From NCBI GenBank assembly GCA_944389565.1, contig CALXMV010000003.1:15416-79415 (forward strand): a DNA stretch of 64,000 nt, in the 5' to 3' direction. Below the pieces are notes generated by a model that was given only the letters and a program-made list of their open reading frames with translations, was not told the origin of the DNA and did not search any database. Of this stretch, positions 36,604-47,219 are shown piece after piece. Within the stretch, counting starts at the first letter, position 1; each line of letters begins with the position of its first letter. The position numbers and the translations under genes were made by a program. The DNA is from an uncultured Kiritimatiellota bacterium. Its GTDB lineage: Bacteria; Verrucomicrobiota; Kiritimatiellia; RFP12; DVOR01.

Positions 36604-37452
36604 TCACGCGCGCGTTCCCGCCCCCCACCCCTCTCGGCGAAGCGCGGCGACGGTCTCGGCGACGTCATGGACGCGGACGACGGCGGCGCCGAGGGCGACG
36701 GCGCGGCGGGCGGCGGCGACGCTCGCGGGGCCACGCGCGGCCGCGTCAAGCCCCGGCGCGAGGAACCTTTTGCGCGAGGCGCCGATCAGCACGGGGAAGG
36801 CGGCGGCGAGGCGCCCCGTCGCCTCCAGGAGCCGCCAGGAGTCGGCGTGCGTCTTGGCGAAGCCGAGCCCCGGGTCCCAGACGATCTGACGGGGGTCAGC
36901 GCCGGCCGCCGCCAACCGTGCCGTGGCCTCCCGCAGAGCCGCCTCCACCTCGCCCACCACGTCCGCGTAATCCGTCAGCCCGTCCATCGTGGCGGGGTCG
37001 CCGCGGCTGTGCATGAGCACGTAGCCGGCGCCCGTCGAGGCGATGGCGCGGGCCATCCCGGGGTCGGGCGCACACCCGTCCACGTCGTTCACGATGTCCG
37101 CCCCGACGGCGAGCGCCGCGCGCGCGGTCGCCGCGTGGCGGGTGTCCACGGAGAGGAGGATGCCCGGCAACGCCTCGCGCAGGGCGGCGAGGACGGGCAC
37201 GACGCGCGCGATTTCCGCCGCCGCGTCCACGGGCTCGGCGCCGGGGCGCGTCGATTCGCCGCCCACGTCCAGGATGGCGGCGCCCGCCCGCGCCAGACGG
37301 ACACCCCGCGCCACCGCCGCATCCGTGCCGGGCGTGCGGGCGGCGGCGTGGAAGGAGTCGGGCGTCACGTTCACGATGCCCATCACGAGGGGGGCGCCGA
37401 GCGGCACGTCGCGGCCACGGCAACGCCAGATTTCCAGAGGGTGCCTATCCAT
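36604..37452 (-). CDS. folP: Dihydropteroate synthase
   Basis: MGIVNVTPDSF, DVGGESTRPG, SVDT, DPGLGFAK, GASRKRF, VRVHDV. Confidence 0.95.
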   Translation of the reverse strand: MDRHPLEIWRCRGRDVPLGAPLVMGIVNVTPDSFHAAARTPGTDAAVARGVRLARAGAAILDVGGESTRPGAEPVDAAAEIARVVPVLAALREALPGILLSVDTRHAATARAALAVGADIVNDVDGCAPDPGMARAIASTGAGYVLMHSRGDPATMDGLTDYADVVGEVEAALREATARLAAAGADPRQIVWDPGLGFAKTHADSWRLLEATGRLAAAFPVLIGASRKRFLAPGLDAAARGPASVAAARRAVALGAAVVRVHDVAETVAALRREGWGAGTRA

Positions 37453-37557
37453 GCGCACATTGTAACACACCCCCCGTGCGCGCGACCAGCCGCACGCCCG
37501 CGCCATGTGATATACTGGTGGCGTCTCGGAGGCCACCGCAAGGAAAGGAGCGTTGCC

Positions 37558-38058
37558 ATGAAAGGGAAATGGATTGCCGCATTGTTGGTCGGGGGGCTGT
37601 GCGCGACGGCGTTCGCGGCGCCGCCGCCCGGAGGGCACCGTCTGCCGCCGGGGCGCGCGTCGAAGCCGATGCCGCCGCCCCCGCCGCCGCACCGGCCGAG
37701 GTTCCACGCACGCCCGGCCTGGGGCTGGGGCGTGAACGTGAGCCCGTGGGGCGGCTCCTTCTCGTTCGGGACGCGCGTGGGGCGGCATGGGGCCTTCGGC
37801 TTCTCCGTGCCGTTGGCGCCGCCGCCCGTGGTGGAGCGCACCGTCATCGTCCAGGCTCCGGAACGGGAGACCGTCATCATCCAGGCGGAACCCCAGGAGG
37901 CGAAGGCCAAGGCCGACGACTCGACCGCCCGCGACCCGGGCATCCTCCCGGCCTACGCGCCCTCGGGCAAAACCTGGGTGGATGGCTACTGGAAGGTCGA
38001 GCGCGACCTGGATGGAAACGAGATCTCGCGCTCGTGGGTGCCCGGCCATTGGGAGTGA
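37558..38058 (+). CDS. Pro-rich secreted protein with C-terminal WxxGxW repeats
   Basis: Signal peptide, poly-Pro stretches, TWVDGYW...SWVPGHW; AGGAG RBS and TGATATACT promoter. Confidence 0.7.
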   Translation: MKGKWIAALLVGGLCATAFAAPPPGGHRLPPGRASKPMPPPPPPHRPRFHARPAWGWGVNVSPWGGSFSFGTRVGRHGAFGFSVPLAPPPVVERTVIVQAPERETVIIQAEPQEAKAKADDSTARDPGILPAYAPSGKTWVDGYWKVERDLDGNEISRSWVPGHWE

Positions 38059-38140
38059 ACCCCTTAGGGTTTCGGGCCCAACCCCTTAGGGTTTCGGGTC
38101 AGACCCTCTAGGGTTTGGGGGCGAACCCCTTAGGGTTTCG
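38058..38140 (+). repeat. 22-bp-period G-rich repeat cluster, copy 4
   Basis: aaccccttagggtttcgggccc / aaccccttagggtttcgggtca / gaccctctagggtttgggggcg / aaccccttagggtttcg. Confidence 0.85.
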
Positions 38141-38180
38141 CCGCGAAAGAATCCGTTTTCGGGACTGAAAAGAGGTGGTC

Positions 38181-40322
38181 ATGCGCAAAGGGTTGGTTGC
38201 GGTCGTCGCGGCGTTTGCCGCATGGTTCGGTGTCGCCGCCGGGGTCGAGATGGAGGCGACCGTCTCGCACGCGGGGGCGACGGTCGCCGCCTCGCCCACG
38301 CAGGCGGTCTTCTTCCCGGCGCAGCTGTCATGGGCCGAGTGGCGGCCCTCGCCACTCTGGGTCACGCCGCCCAAGCCCTTCGCCAAGGGCGTGCCCGAGG
38401 GCTGGAAGGGGCTGACGGTGCGGTTCGGCGAGGTCGATTGCCGGCCGCAGGCGACGATCCGCGTGCCCGAGGGCACCGATCTCTACGGCACGGGCGAGGT
38501 CCTCGGCCCGCTCCGCCGCAACGGCACGGACATCACGCTCTGGAACACGGACAACTACGGTTACCGCAGTTACGACCCGCGCCGCCTCTACCAGAGCCAT
38601 CCGTGGGTGCTCGGCGTGCGCCCCGACGGCACCGCCTTCGGCGTCATCGCCGACAGCACCTACCGCGGTCGCCTGGAACTCACCGACGACCTCATCCGCT
38701 TCACCTTCGACGGCGGCCCCTTCCCCGTCCTCATCCTGGAGGCCCCCACCCCGCAGGACGCCCTCCGCCAGTTGGCCGCGCTCACCGGCACCTCGCCCCT
38801 CCCGCCCCTCTGGGCCCTGGGCTACCAGCAAAGCCGCTGGGGCTACAAGGACGCCGCCGCCTGCCTGAGCATCGCCAAGACCATGCGCGAGCGCGACATC
38901 CCGTGCGACGTGATGTGGATGGACATCGATTACATGCGCGGCCACCGCGTCTTCACCTTCGACCCCAAGGGCCACCCCGACCCCAAGGGCTACATGGCCG
39001 CCCTCCACGACCTCGGCTTCAAGGGCGTCTGGATGATCGACCCCGCCCTCAAGCACGAGCCCAACGCCGGCTACGAGGCCTACGACGAGGCCGACCGCCT
39101 CGGCCTCTGGGTCAAACGCGCCGACGGCAAGACCGACTACGTGGGCAACGTCTGGCCCGGCCCCTGCAAGTTCCCCGACTTCCTGCGGGCGGACGTCCGC
39201 GAGTGGTGGGCCGAGCGCAACCGCCGCTTCGTCGCCGAAAACGCCATCGACGGCCTCTGGAACGACATGAACGAGCCCGCCGTCTTCGGAGGACTGGGCC
39301 ACACGATGCCCGCCGACAACCTGCACGGCGGCCATGCCCCCGGCGATTTTCCCCCCGGCTCACACCTGCGCTACCACAACATCTATGGCCTGCTCATGAT
39401 CCAGGCCACGCGCGACGGCCTCCTCCGCGCCCATCCCGACCGCCGTCCCTTCGTCCTCACCCGCGCCAACTTCCTCGGCGGCCACCGCTACGGTTACACC
39501 TGGACGGGCGACAACCTCTCCACCGACGCCCATATGCGCCTCTCCGTGCCGATGTCCCTCAGCCTCTCCCTCTCCGGCCAGCCCTTCAGCGGCCCCGACC
39601 TCGGCGGCTTCGGCAACCACTGCACCCCCGAGCTGATGCGCCAGTGGGTCGGCTTCGGCGCCTTCTTCCCCTTCTGCCGCAACCACGCCGCGCACGGCAC
39701 CCGCAGTCAGGAGCCTTGGGCCCTCGGCGCCGACGCCGAGGCCGTCTTCCGCACCGCCATCCGCCGCCGCTACGCGCTCATGCCCTATCTCTACACCGCC
39801 CTGCGCGCCACCTGCGCGGACGGCTCGCCCTTCATGGCCCCCGTCTTCTTCGCCGACCCCAAGGATCCCACCCTCCGCCGCGAGGAACAGGCCTTCATGC
39901 TCGGCGAGGACCTCATCGTCGTCCCCACCTTCGCCAAAGCCCCCGCCCTCCCCAAGGGGGATTGGCGCGTGGCGCGCGTCCTCCGGGGCGACGCCTCCGA
40001 GGCCGCGCCCGACCACGCCCGCCTGCTCGTCCGCCCCGGCGCCGCGATCCCCACCGTCAAACCCGCCCGGAACACGGCCGATCTGGACCTCGCCGACCTC
40101 CGCCTCTTGGCCAACCCAGGCCCCGACGGCGTCGCCGTCGCCACGCTCTACGAGGACGCCGGGGACGGCTTCGGCCACGAGAGGGGCGATTTCCGCCTCA
40201 CCCGCTTCACCATCACCTTCCCGAAAGACGGTGGCGAGCCCGCCATCGCCGCCGAGCATCTCGCCGGGAACCGCCCCACGGCCTGCAGGCGCGTCACCGC
40301 CGTCGACCTGCGCCAACCCTGA
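38181..40322 (+). CDS. GH31 alpha-glucosidase-like hydrolase
   Basis: LYQSHPW, PPLWALGYQQSRW, WMDIDYM, GLWNDMNEP, WTGDN, GPDLGGF. Confidence 0.9.
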   Translation: MRKGLVAVVAAFAAWFGVAAGVEMEATVSHAGATVAASPTQAVFFPAQLSWAEWRPSPLWVTPPKPFAKGVPEGWKGLTVRFGEVDCRPQATIRVPEGTDLYGTGEVLGPLRRNGTDITLWNTDNYGYRSYDPRRLYQSHPWVLGVRPDGTAFGVIADSTYRGRLELTDDLIRFTFDGGPFPVLILEAPTPQDALRQLAALTGTSPLPPLWALGYQQSRWGYKDAAACLSIAKTMRERDIPCDVMWMDIDYMRGHRVFTFDPKGHPDPKGYMAALHDLGFKGVWMIDPALKHEPNAGYEAYDEADRLGLWVKRADGKTDYVGNVWPGPCKFPDFLRADVREWWAERNRRFVAENAIDGLWNDMNEPAVFGGLGHTMPADNLHGGHAPGDFPPGSHLRYHNIYGLLMIQATRDGLLRAHPDRRPFVLTRANFLGGHRYGYTWTGDNLSTDAHMRLSVPMSLSLSLSGQPFSGPDLGGFGNHCTPELMRQWVGFGAFFPFCRNHAAHGTRSQEPWALGADAEAVFRTAIRRRYALMPYLYTALRATCADGSPFMAPVFFADPKDPTLRREEQAFMLGEDLIVVPTFAKAPALPKGDWRVARVLRGDASEAAPDHARLLVRPGAAIPTVKPARNTADLDLADLRLLANPGPDGVAVATLYEDAGDGFGHERGDFRLTRFTITFPKDGGEPAIAAEHLAGNRPTACRRVTAVDLRQP

Positions 40323-40329
40323 TTCGCGC

Positions 40330-42561
40330 TCAGGCGAGAAAAACGGCGTCGATGTCCACGAGCGTCCGAACCGCCGGCGTGACGCGCGTCTCCAAGGGGA
40401 ACGCCTCGTCGCACGCGGCGACAAGCGCCTTGGAGGTGGGGGCCTTGAGCAGGATCTGCCACCGCCAGAGATCCTCCTTGCGCTCCAAAGGCGCGGGCAT
40501 GGGCGGCAGACGCTCGACGCCCGGCATGGCGGCGAGCCGTCGGTCGGCGGCCTCCGCGGCACGTTGCACGGCGGCCGCGTCGCCCCCCGTGAAGGTCACG
40601 CAGGCCAAGCGGCGGAAGGGCGGGAGCCCCGCGGCCTCGCGCTCGGCGAGCTCGTCGGCGGCGAACCGTTCGTAATCGCAGGCGCAGGCGGTGCGGATGG
40701 CCGGATGGTCGGGTTGCAGGGTCTGCACGATGACCTCGCCGGGGATCGCGCCGCGGCCGGCGCGGCCGGAGACCTGCGCGATGAGCTGGAAGGTGCGCTC
40801 GGCGGCGCGGAAGTCGTAGGGCACGTTGAGCGAGCGGTCGGCGGCGAGGATGCCCACGAGGGTGACGTTCGGGAAGTCAAGCCCCTTGGCGATCATCTGC
40901 GTGCCCAGGAGGATGTCGGCCTCCTTGGCGCGAAAGGCGGCGAGGAGCTCGTCGTGGCTGTGGCGGCGCCCAGTGCTGTCGGCGTCCATGCGGATGACGC
41001 GCGCCTGGGGCAGGATCTTGGCGAGGACGGCCTCCACGCGCTGGGTGCCGAAGCCAAGCGGCTTGAAGATCGGCGCGCCGCAGGCGGGGCACCGATCGGG
41101 CGGCCGGCGCCACCACCCGCAGAGATGGCACCGCAGGGTGTCGTCCTTCGCGTGGTAGGTGAGCCGCGCCGAGCAATGCGGGCAGGCGACGGGCGCGCCG
41201 CATTGGGCGCATTGGTAGGTGGTGGCGTAGCCGCGTCGGTTCAGGAAAAGGATGGCCTGCTCGCCGCGTTCCAGCCGCGTGCGGAGCGCCGCGAGCAACG
41301 GCTCGCTGAAGAGCGGCACGCCCTCGCCGGGGCGCGCGGCCTCGCGCAGGTCGATGCACGCGACGGAGGGCAGTCGCGCCCCGCCCACGCGCTCGGGCAG
41401 CCGCGCCAGCCGATACTTGCCCAAGACGGTGGCGTTGCGCCAGCTCTCCAGCGAGGGCGTGGCGGAGCCCAGCACGCACCGCGCCCCCTCGATATGCGCC
41501 CGCATGACGGCCACGTCTCGCGCGGAGTAACGCGGCGACTCATCCTGCTTGTACCCGCCGTCGTGCTCCTCGTCCACGATGATCAGCCCCAGCCGGCGGA
41601 CGGGCGCGAAGACGGCCGAGCGCGGCCCGACGACGACCCGCGCCTCGCCCCTGCGGATGCGATGCCACTCATCATGCCGCTCGCCATCGCCCAAGGCCGA
41701 ATGCAGCACGGCGACGGCCCCCCCGAAGCGCGCGGCGAAGCGATTCACGGTCTGCGGGGTGAGGGCGATCTCCGGCACCAGCACGATCGCGTCGCGCCCC
41801 TCCTCCAGGGTCGCGGCGATGGCCTGCATGTAGATCTCCGTCTTGCCCGAGCCGGTGACGCCGAAGAGCAACGTGGGCCGGTCGGCCCCGAGGATGACCC
41901 GGAGCGCCTCGGCCTGCGCGGGCGTGAGCGGCATGGGCCGGGTGGGCAGGATCCGCCGCCCGGCAAGCGGGTTGCGCGGCGCCTCGCGCTTCTCGCACCG
42001 CACATACCCCAGCGCCGCGAGCCTACGGAGCGTGGCGGGCGTGGTGGAGAACTCCTCGCAAAGCCGCGCCAAAAGCCCGCCGTCGACACGGACAAGATCC
42101 TCGTAAAGCGCCTTCTGACGTTTGGAGAGCGGCGGCAGATGCGGGGGCGGCGGCAGGATGGGCGTGACGACGAAACGCTCGCGCGCCCCGCACCCTCCCT
42201 CGCGCACCGGCGCCGGCAACGCGCTCCGCAAGGCCAGCGTGAAACCCACCGAATAATATCCCGCCAGCCACCGCAGCAACCTCAGCGTCCCTTCCGAGAA
42301 ATACGGCAGCGGATCCTCCACGGCCAAAAGCGCCCTGACCCCCGGCACCGGCGTGGCGACGCCGAAAAGATCGGGCTCCCCCACGCGCCCCGCTTTGGGC
42401 ACGTAAGGGCACCGCTCGCTCAGCGCCACCACATACCCCCGATGGCAGACCCGCCGCCACGGCGCCGTGACCCGCTGCCCCACCCGCACCTCCATCCCCT
42501 CCGGGACGGCATACGTGAACAGGCGGTTCGGCACTTTCTCGATGGCGACCTGGGCGTACAT
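40330..42561 (-). CDS. priA: Primosomal protein N'
   Basis: GVTGSGKTEIY, LVPEIALTPQ, DEEHD, YKQ, CxxC zinc cluster, GTQMIAKGLDFP, QVSGRAGR. Confidence 0.95.
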   Translation of the reverse strand: MYAQVAIEKVPNRLFTYAVPEGMEVRVGQRVTAPWRRVCHRGYVVALSERCPYVPKAGRVGEPDLFGVATPVPGVRALLAVEDPLPYFSEGTLRLLRWLAGYYSVGFTLALRSALPAPVREGGCGARERFVVTPILPPPPHLPPLSKRQKALYEDLVRVDGGLLARLCEEFSTTPATLRRLAALGYVRCEKREAPRNPLAGRRILPTRPMPLTPAQAEALRVILGADRPTLLFGVTGSGKTEIYMQAIAATLEEGRDAIVLVPEIALTPQTVNRFAARFGGAVAVLHSALGDGERHDEWHRIRRGEARVVVGPRSAVFAPVRRLGLIIVDEEHDGGYKQDESPRYSARDVAVMRAHIEGARCVLGSATPSLESWRNATVLGKYRLARLPERVGGARLPSVACIDLREAARPGEGVPLFSEPLLAALRTRLERGEQAILFLNRRGYATTYQCAQCGAPVACPHCSARLTYHAKDDTLRCHLCGWWRRPPDRCPACGAPIFKPLGFGTQRVEAVLAKILPQARVIRMDADSTGRRHSHDELLAAFRAKEADILLGTQMIAKGLDFPNVTLVGILAADRSLNVPYDFRAAERTFQLIAQVSGRAGRGAIPGEVIVQTLQPDHPAIRTACACDYERFAADELAEREAAGLPPFRRLACVTFTGGDAAAVQRAAEAADRRLAAMPGVERLPPMPAPLERKEDLWRWQILLKAPTSKALVAACDEAFPLETRVTPAVRTLVDIDAVFLA

Positions 42562-42568
42562 GACGGCC

Positions 42569-43363
42569 TCAGTAACGGTCAAGCTCGTCAAAGGCCGGAA
42601 GCGGCAGATGGGCGTCCGGCGTGCCCTCAGGCACGGCATCGACCCACAGCTCGCCGAAAAGCGTCGCCTGCGTCACCGTCACATGGCGCAGGCGGAGCAA
42701 CTCCAGGAGGGCGACGAACGTGACGATGATCTCCCCCTTCGGCGCATCCTGCGGGAAAAGCGACCCGAAGCGCACATGGCGCTCCGCCGCCACACGCCCC
42801 AGCAGCCCCTGCATCTTCTCGGGCACGGACCACCGTTGCATCTTCAGATGGCCGAACGAGACCGTCTCCCCCGCACGCGCCAAGACCGCCCGGAACGCCT
42901 CCAGCAACTTGTCGAGCCCGATATCCCCCAACCGCGCCCCCTCCGCCTCCGGCACCTGCGGCGCCCCCCCCCACGGGAACGTCTCGCCGCGCAACGCCTC
43001 CCGCACGGCCAAGAGCGCCGCCGCCTCCTTGCACCGCTTATAGGCGATGAGCTGCCGCACCAGGTCGAGCCGCGGGTCGGGCGCGTCATCCTCCTCCGCT
43101 TCCTCCCCGCGAGCCTCCCGCGGCAGAAGCGTGCGGCTCTTGATGAGCATCAGCGTCGCGGCCATGACGGCAAACTCACCCGCCTGCGCGATGTCCGGCG
43201 GGCCGAACCGATCCAGGAAGGCCAGATACTGCGCGGTGATCCGCTCGATGGGGATGTCGTGGATGTCCACCTCCTCCTTGCGGATCAGATGCAAAAGCAG
43301 GTCAAGCGGCCCCTCGAACGCGTCGAGCGAGACCTTGTAATCCTCGAAAAGCGCGTCTTCCAT
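42569..43363 (-). CDS. scpA: Segregation and condensation protein A
   Basis: FEGPLDLLLHLI, ITAQYL, MAATLMLIKSRTLLP, IIVTFVALLEL. Confidence 0.92.
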   Translation of the reverse strand: MEDALFEDYKVSLDAFEGPLDLLLHLIRKEEVDIHDIPIERITAQYLAFLDRFGPPDIAQAGEFAVMAATLMLIKSRTLLPREARGEEAEEDDAPDPRLDLVRQLIAYKRCKEAAALLAVREALRGETFPWGGAPQVPEAEGARLGDIGLDKLLEAFRAVLARAGETVSFGHLKMQRWSVPEKMQGLLGRVAAERHVRFGSLFPQDAPKGEIIVTFVALLELLRLRHVTVTQATLFGELWVDAVPEGTPDAHLPLPAFDELDRY

Positions 43364-43374
43364 CGCCCGGGCGA

Positions 43375-44340
43375 TCAGTCCAGACCCACGGCGAGACGGG
43401 CGGCTTCGAGCGTCCTGCGCGCCGCGGCGCGCGCCTTCGCCGCGCCCGCGCGCAGGATATCCTCCACCTCGTCGGGATGCGCGGCCAAATGCTCGCGCCG
43501 CTCCCGGAAAGGCCCGAGCGTGCGCTGGTAAATCTCGAACAGCGCCTTCTTGGCATGGCCATAGCCATAACCGCCACGCAGATAATTCCCGCGCATCTCC
43601 TCCTGCTCCGCCTCGCTGGCGAAAAGCTTGTACAGCGCGAAGACCCGGCACGCATCCGGATCCTTCGGCGCCTCCAACGGCGTCGAGTCGGTGGCGATGC
43701 GCATGATCTTCGCCTTGACGGCCTTGGGCTCGTCGAAAAGCCCGATCGTGTTGCCGTAACTCTTCGACATCTTCTGCCCGTCCAGCCCGGGGATCACCGC
43801 CACACGCTCGGAGATGAGCGGCTCCGGAAGCTTGAAGACCTCCGCGCCGAACGTCTGGTTGAACTTCGCGGCGATGTCGCGCGTCACCTCCACATGCTGC
43901 TTCTGATCGCGCCCCACCGGCACCACGTCGCTCTGATACGCCAAGATGTCCGCCGCCATCAGCACCGGATACGCGAAAAGCCCATGGCTCGCCGGCAACC
44001 CCCGCGCCAACTTGTCCTTGTACGAATGGCATCGCTCCAAAAGCCCCATCGGCGTCACCACGCTCAGCATCCACGCCAGCTCGTGCACTTCCGGCACGTC
44101 CGCCTGCCGGAACAGGCACGCCCGCGCCGGATCCAACCCGCACGCCAGGAAATCCAGCGCCACATCCCGCGTCGCCGCACGCAACGCCGCCGCGTCATGC
44201 ACCGTCGTCAACGCGTGATACTGCGCCACGAAGACGAACACCTCGCCCGTCCCCTGCCTGTCGATGATCGGCTTCATCGCCCCGAAATAATTGCCCCAAT
44301 GCAACTGACCCGACGGCTGCACGCCCGTGAGAATACGCAT
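43375..44340 (-). CDS. trpS: Tryptophan--tRNA ligase
   Basis: TGVQPSGQLHWGNYFGA, YPVLMAADIL, VPVGRDQKQH, KMSKS. Confidence 0.96.
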   Translation of the reverse strand: MRILTGVQPSGQLHWGNYFGAMKPIIDRQGTGEVFVFVAQYHALTTVHDAAALRAATRDVALDFLACGLDPARACLFRQADVPEVHELAWMLSVVTPMGLLERCHSYKDKLARGLPASHGLFAYPVLMAADILAYQSDVVPVGRDQKQHVEVTRDIAAKFNQTFGAEVFKLPEPLISERVAVIPGLDGQKMSKSYGNTIGLFDEPKAVKAKIMRIATDSTPLEAPKDPDACRVFALYKLFASEAEQEEMRGNYLRGGYGYGHAKKALFEIYQRTLGPFRERREHLAAHPDEVEDILRAGAAKARAAARRTLEAARLAVGLD

Positions 44341-44693
44341 GTCAAAACTCCTTCTTTCCCGCTATTGTAGCATATCCCACCCCCACCCGCTCTCACCAAA
44401 ATGCCCCTCACATGCCTCCGGGATGCCCGACACACCCCCTCATCCCCCCAACATCTCAGCAAGACACCACAGAAGAAGAAGGCACCAACCGAAAACATAA
44501 CATGAGAAAATCCAAACCCGAGCACACGAAATGACCGCCGCCAGATCAGCGAAAATCCGTTTTGCCAACCATATTCCCCATGGCCACGCTCGGCAACGGC
44601 ACAAAGCAAGCACAGACAAACGCCATGTTCGAAAGCTTGTGGCTCAACGCCTCAGGGATACGCTGCATCATCAACCTCCCACTCCGTCACCCA

Positions 44694-46019
44694 TCACCGT
44701 TCGCGCACGACGAAACGTAATTTGCCCCTGTCATGCGGAAGCTCCGCGACTGGCTCAAAAACCACCGGAACCTCGTCATTGAGCTGCCGCGACAGCCGCG
44801 CCCGAATCTCGTCCACCCGCCGACGTGCATCCTCCGACTCCTGCGCCGGGACGTAAGCCACCGTGATGGAAGCATCCCTGTGCTGCGTCACGCGGAAACC
44901 ACGCACCAAATCCGGATCGTTGTCGAAAAGCGTCGTGAGGAACTCACCGTTCACCACGAGCCCGGAAGGCAAGACGAACGATTCCGACTCACGCCCCTTG
45001 ATCGAATCGATGAGCGGCAACGAGCGTCCGCACGCGCACGGCTTCCCCAACCAACGCCCTCGGTCGCCGTTCTCGTACCGGATGAGCGGAAAGACGAAAT
45101 CCTCCAGATTGGTCAGCAACGCCCGGCCATATTCCCCCACGGGCACAGGCCGATTGTCCCCATCCACGAACTCGATGGCCACATGCTCCACATTCACGTG
45201 CAACCCATCCTCCTCCGGGCACTGCTGCGCGACCCAACGAATCTCGCACGACCCGTACTGGTCGCAGACCGGCGCACGGAATGCCCGCTTCAGCAGGGCC
45301 CGTTGCACCGGTGAGAGCGGTGCCGACGTCACCCACACGCACCGCGGCGCCCACACTTCGAGACCACGATCCAAAACGAACTGCGCCAACTGCGTGACCG
45401 CCCCCACATACCCCTGCAACAAGGCCGGCCTCGCCTGATCGTAACGCGCCAGAAACGCCCCCATCGAGCGCTCATCCATGAAACTCGCGTCCAGCTTCAA
45501 ATGACGCGTCGGCCACCACATCGCCGCGTTCTTCAGGCGAGCCAAACGCGATGCCACCGGCACACGCCACACATACGCATGATCGTCCCACGGACGGATC
45601 CCGAACCAGGACTGCAACCGCCAACTGTAAATCGCCTCCGGGACACGCCCGTCATATCCCGTCTTCGTCGGGGTCCCCGTCGAGCCTCCCGTCGTCGAGA
45701 CCCGCCGGAACCTTCTCAATGCCGGGTTCGTCATCTCCTCGAAATGCTCCCGGATCTCCGCCTTCGTCACGATCGGCAATTTCTCGAACCACCCCTCCTG
45801 CCCCATATCCCCAAGCCCAAACCCCGCCTCCCCGTAAAACTTCTTGTAGAACGGCACCTGCGTCACCGCCGCCGTGACAAGCCGGCGCTTCGCGGCCTCC
45901 TGTTCGCGCAACAACGCCTCCGGCGGCCGCCGCTCATTGCCCACCAAGACGCCAAAACGCTTCCACGCCCCAGGCATCGCCAAGACGCACTTCGCACGAA
46001 ACAACATCGACCGTGACAT
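44694..46019 (-). CDS. Phenylacetate--CoA ligase family (CapK-like) adenylate-forming protein
   Basis: LPIVTK, STTGGSTGTP, DQYGSCE, FPLIRYENGD, IKGRE, RGKLRFV. Confidence 0.85.
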   Translation of the reverse strand: MSRSMLFRAKCVLAMPGAWKRFGVLVGNERRPPEALLREQEAAKRRLVTAAVTQVPFYKKFYGEAGFGLGDMGQEGWFEKLPIVTKAEIREHFEEMTNPALRRFRRVSTTGGSTGTPTKTGYDGRVPEAIYSWRLQSWFGIRPWDDHAYVWRVPVASRLARLKNAAMWWPTRHLKLDASFMDERSMGAFLARYDQARPALLQGYVGAVTQLAQFVLDRGLEVWAPRCVWVTSAPLSPVQRALLKRAFRAPVCDQYGSCEIRWVAQQCPEEDGLHVNVEHVAIEFVDGDNRPVPVGEYGRALLTNLEDFVFPLIRYENGDRGRWLGKPCACGRSLPLIDSIKGRESESFVLPSGLVVNGEFLTTLFDNDPDLVRGFRVTQHRDASITVAYVPAQESEDARRRVDEIRARLSRQLNDEVPVVFEPVAELPHDRGKLRFVVRER

Positions 46020-46025
46020 AATCCG

Positions 46026-47210
46026 TTACCCTCTCGGGGAGAAAACCCCTGACGTGCTCCCACCCCGCAACACTTTTTTGGTCATCTTGCGCAGGACAAT
46101 CACAATCGCCCTGCACCAATCACCGAGCGTGAACCCCATCCGTCCCCGATATGGCCATGCTTGCAATGCGTATTCATTCCGCTGAATCAGACCACGCAAA
46201 AGCTCCGCGAGATACTCCCCACGATGCGATTTCACGTAATCGACATCGAACGTCGCGGCGAACCGTCCCAATGCCTCATCCCCACCGACCGCCAACAGCT
46301 CAAGAACCGTCCGCATACACTTCGGGCAATCCCACGTGCCGTTGCGCGTCCCTTCCGCATGACCATTCCAACACACGTCCAAATGCCGCTGCGCCAAAGG
46401 GAAATCCACCAGCGCCCGGACCTTGTCAAGCCGTGTCCCCATCCCATCGGCGATAACCTTCAGGCCATGCACGGAGCAGACCTGCGTCAACAACAAATCA
46501 TAGTGCGCCACGTCAATCGTCTGAACCGGCGACAAAAACATCTCATTCACCGAATAGCCTGTCGCGAGATAATACCGAGCGAAGAGACCACGCAGACAAT
46601 ACACGGCGAACAGATTGGCGAGCGTCGAATGATTTTCGAAGACAAGCCCAGGGGCGGAGGCCCCGTCATAATTCGTATCCCCAACAATCAACGCGACCGA
46701 GGCCTCTTGCGCCACCTCCCGCGCATGCTCCACCAACTCATCGAACAAGGCACGCTTGTCCTTCGCGGCCGTCCCACCATGGCAATTGTTGATGACCACG
46801 TGCGTCACCTCGTGCCGATGCATGTACATCGTGTACATCGAGTCAACCCCACACGTGATGCTACAACCTACCCCCCCCCCGCACCCATCCGATGCGATTC
46901 GTTCCGCGGAGATACGGAGCGGCTCCATCGAGGGGTTTGCCGCGCACATCGTGGGCGAGAAAACCTCCGTCAGATTCTGGATCAGATCCTCCGAACACGG
47001 CGCCTCGCTCACGACCTCATGTCGGCCGATGATGACCTCCTTCAGCAACCCGATTACCCACGGGTCACCGTAATCCGCGCAAAGATATTGCCCAAACCGC
47101 TCCTCGACCTCATACCACAGCGGATAGACCTTCCCGTCCACGTCAATGTCCGCGGACACCCGTGCCTTCCCCTCACGATGGGAAATCGTCGGCTTACGAA
47201 TCGTGATCAT
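46026..47210 (-). CDS. Conserved glycan-locus hypothetical protein (PP-loop-like motif)
   Basis: ITCGVDSMYT, GTRLDKV, HLDVCW...DCPKCMRT. Confidence 0.65.
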   Translation of the reverse strand: MITIRKPTISHREGKARVSADIDVDGKVYPLWYEVEERFGQYLCADYGDPWVIGLLKEVIIGRHEVVSEAPCSEDLIQNLTEVFSPTMCAANPSMEPLRISAERIASDGCGGGVGCSITCGVDSMYTMYMHRHEVTHVVINNCHGGTAAKDKRALFDELVEHAREVAQEASVALIVGDTNYDGASAPGLVFENHSTLANLFAVYCLRGLFARYYLATGYSVNEMFLSPVQTIDVAHYDLLLTQVCSVHGLKVIADGMGTRLDKVRALVDFPLAQRHLDVCWNGHAEGTRNGTWDCPKCMRTVLELLAVGGDEALGRFAATFDVDYVKSHRGEYLAELLRGLIQRNEYALQAWPYRGRMGFTLGDWCRAIVIVLRKMTKKVLRGGSTSGVFSPRG

Positions 47211-47219
47211 AATACGCTC

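Noticed and set aside
38058-38140. 22-bp repeats as a CRISPR array
   Set aside because: Units are contiguous with no unique spacers, and no cas genes are present.
44341-44693. 350-bp A/C-skewed intergenic region and small ORFs between trpS and the glycan operon
   Set aside because: No recognisable T-box, attenuator, RNA structure or protein motif; only a probable trpS -10 near 44363-44372.
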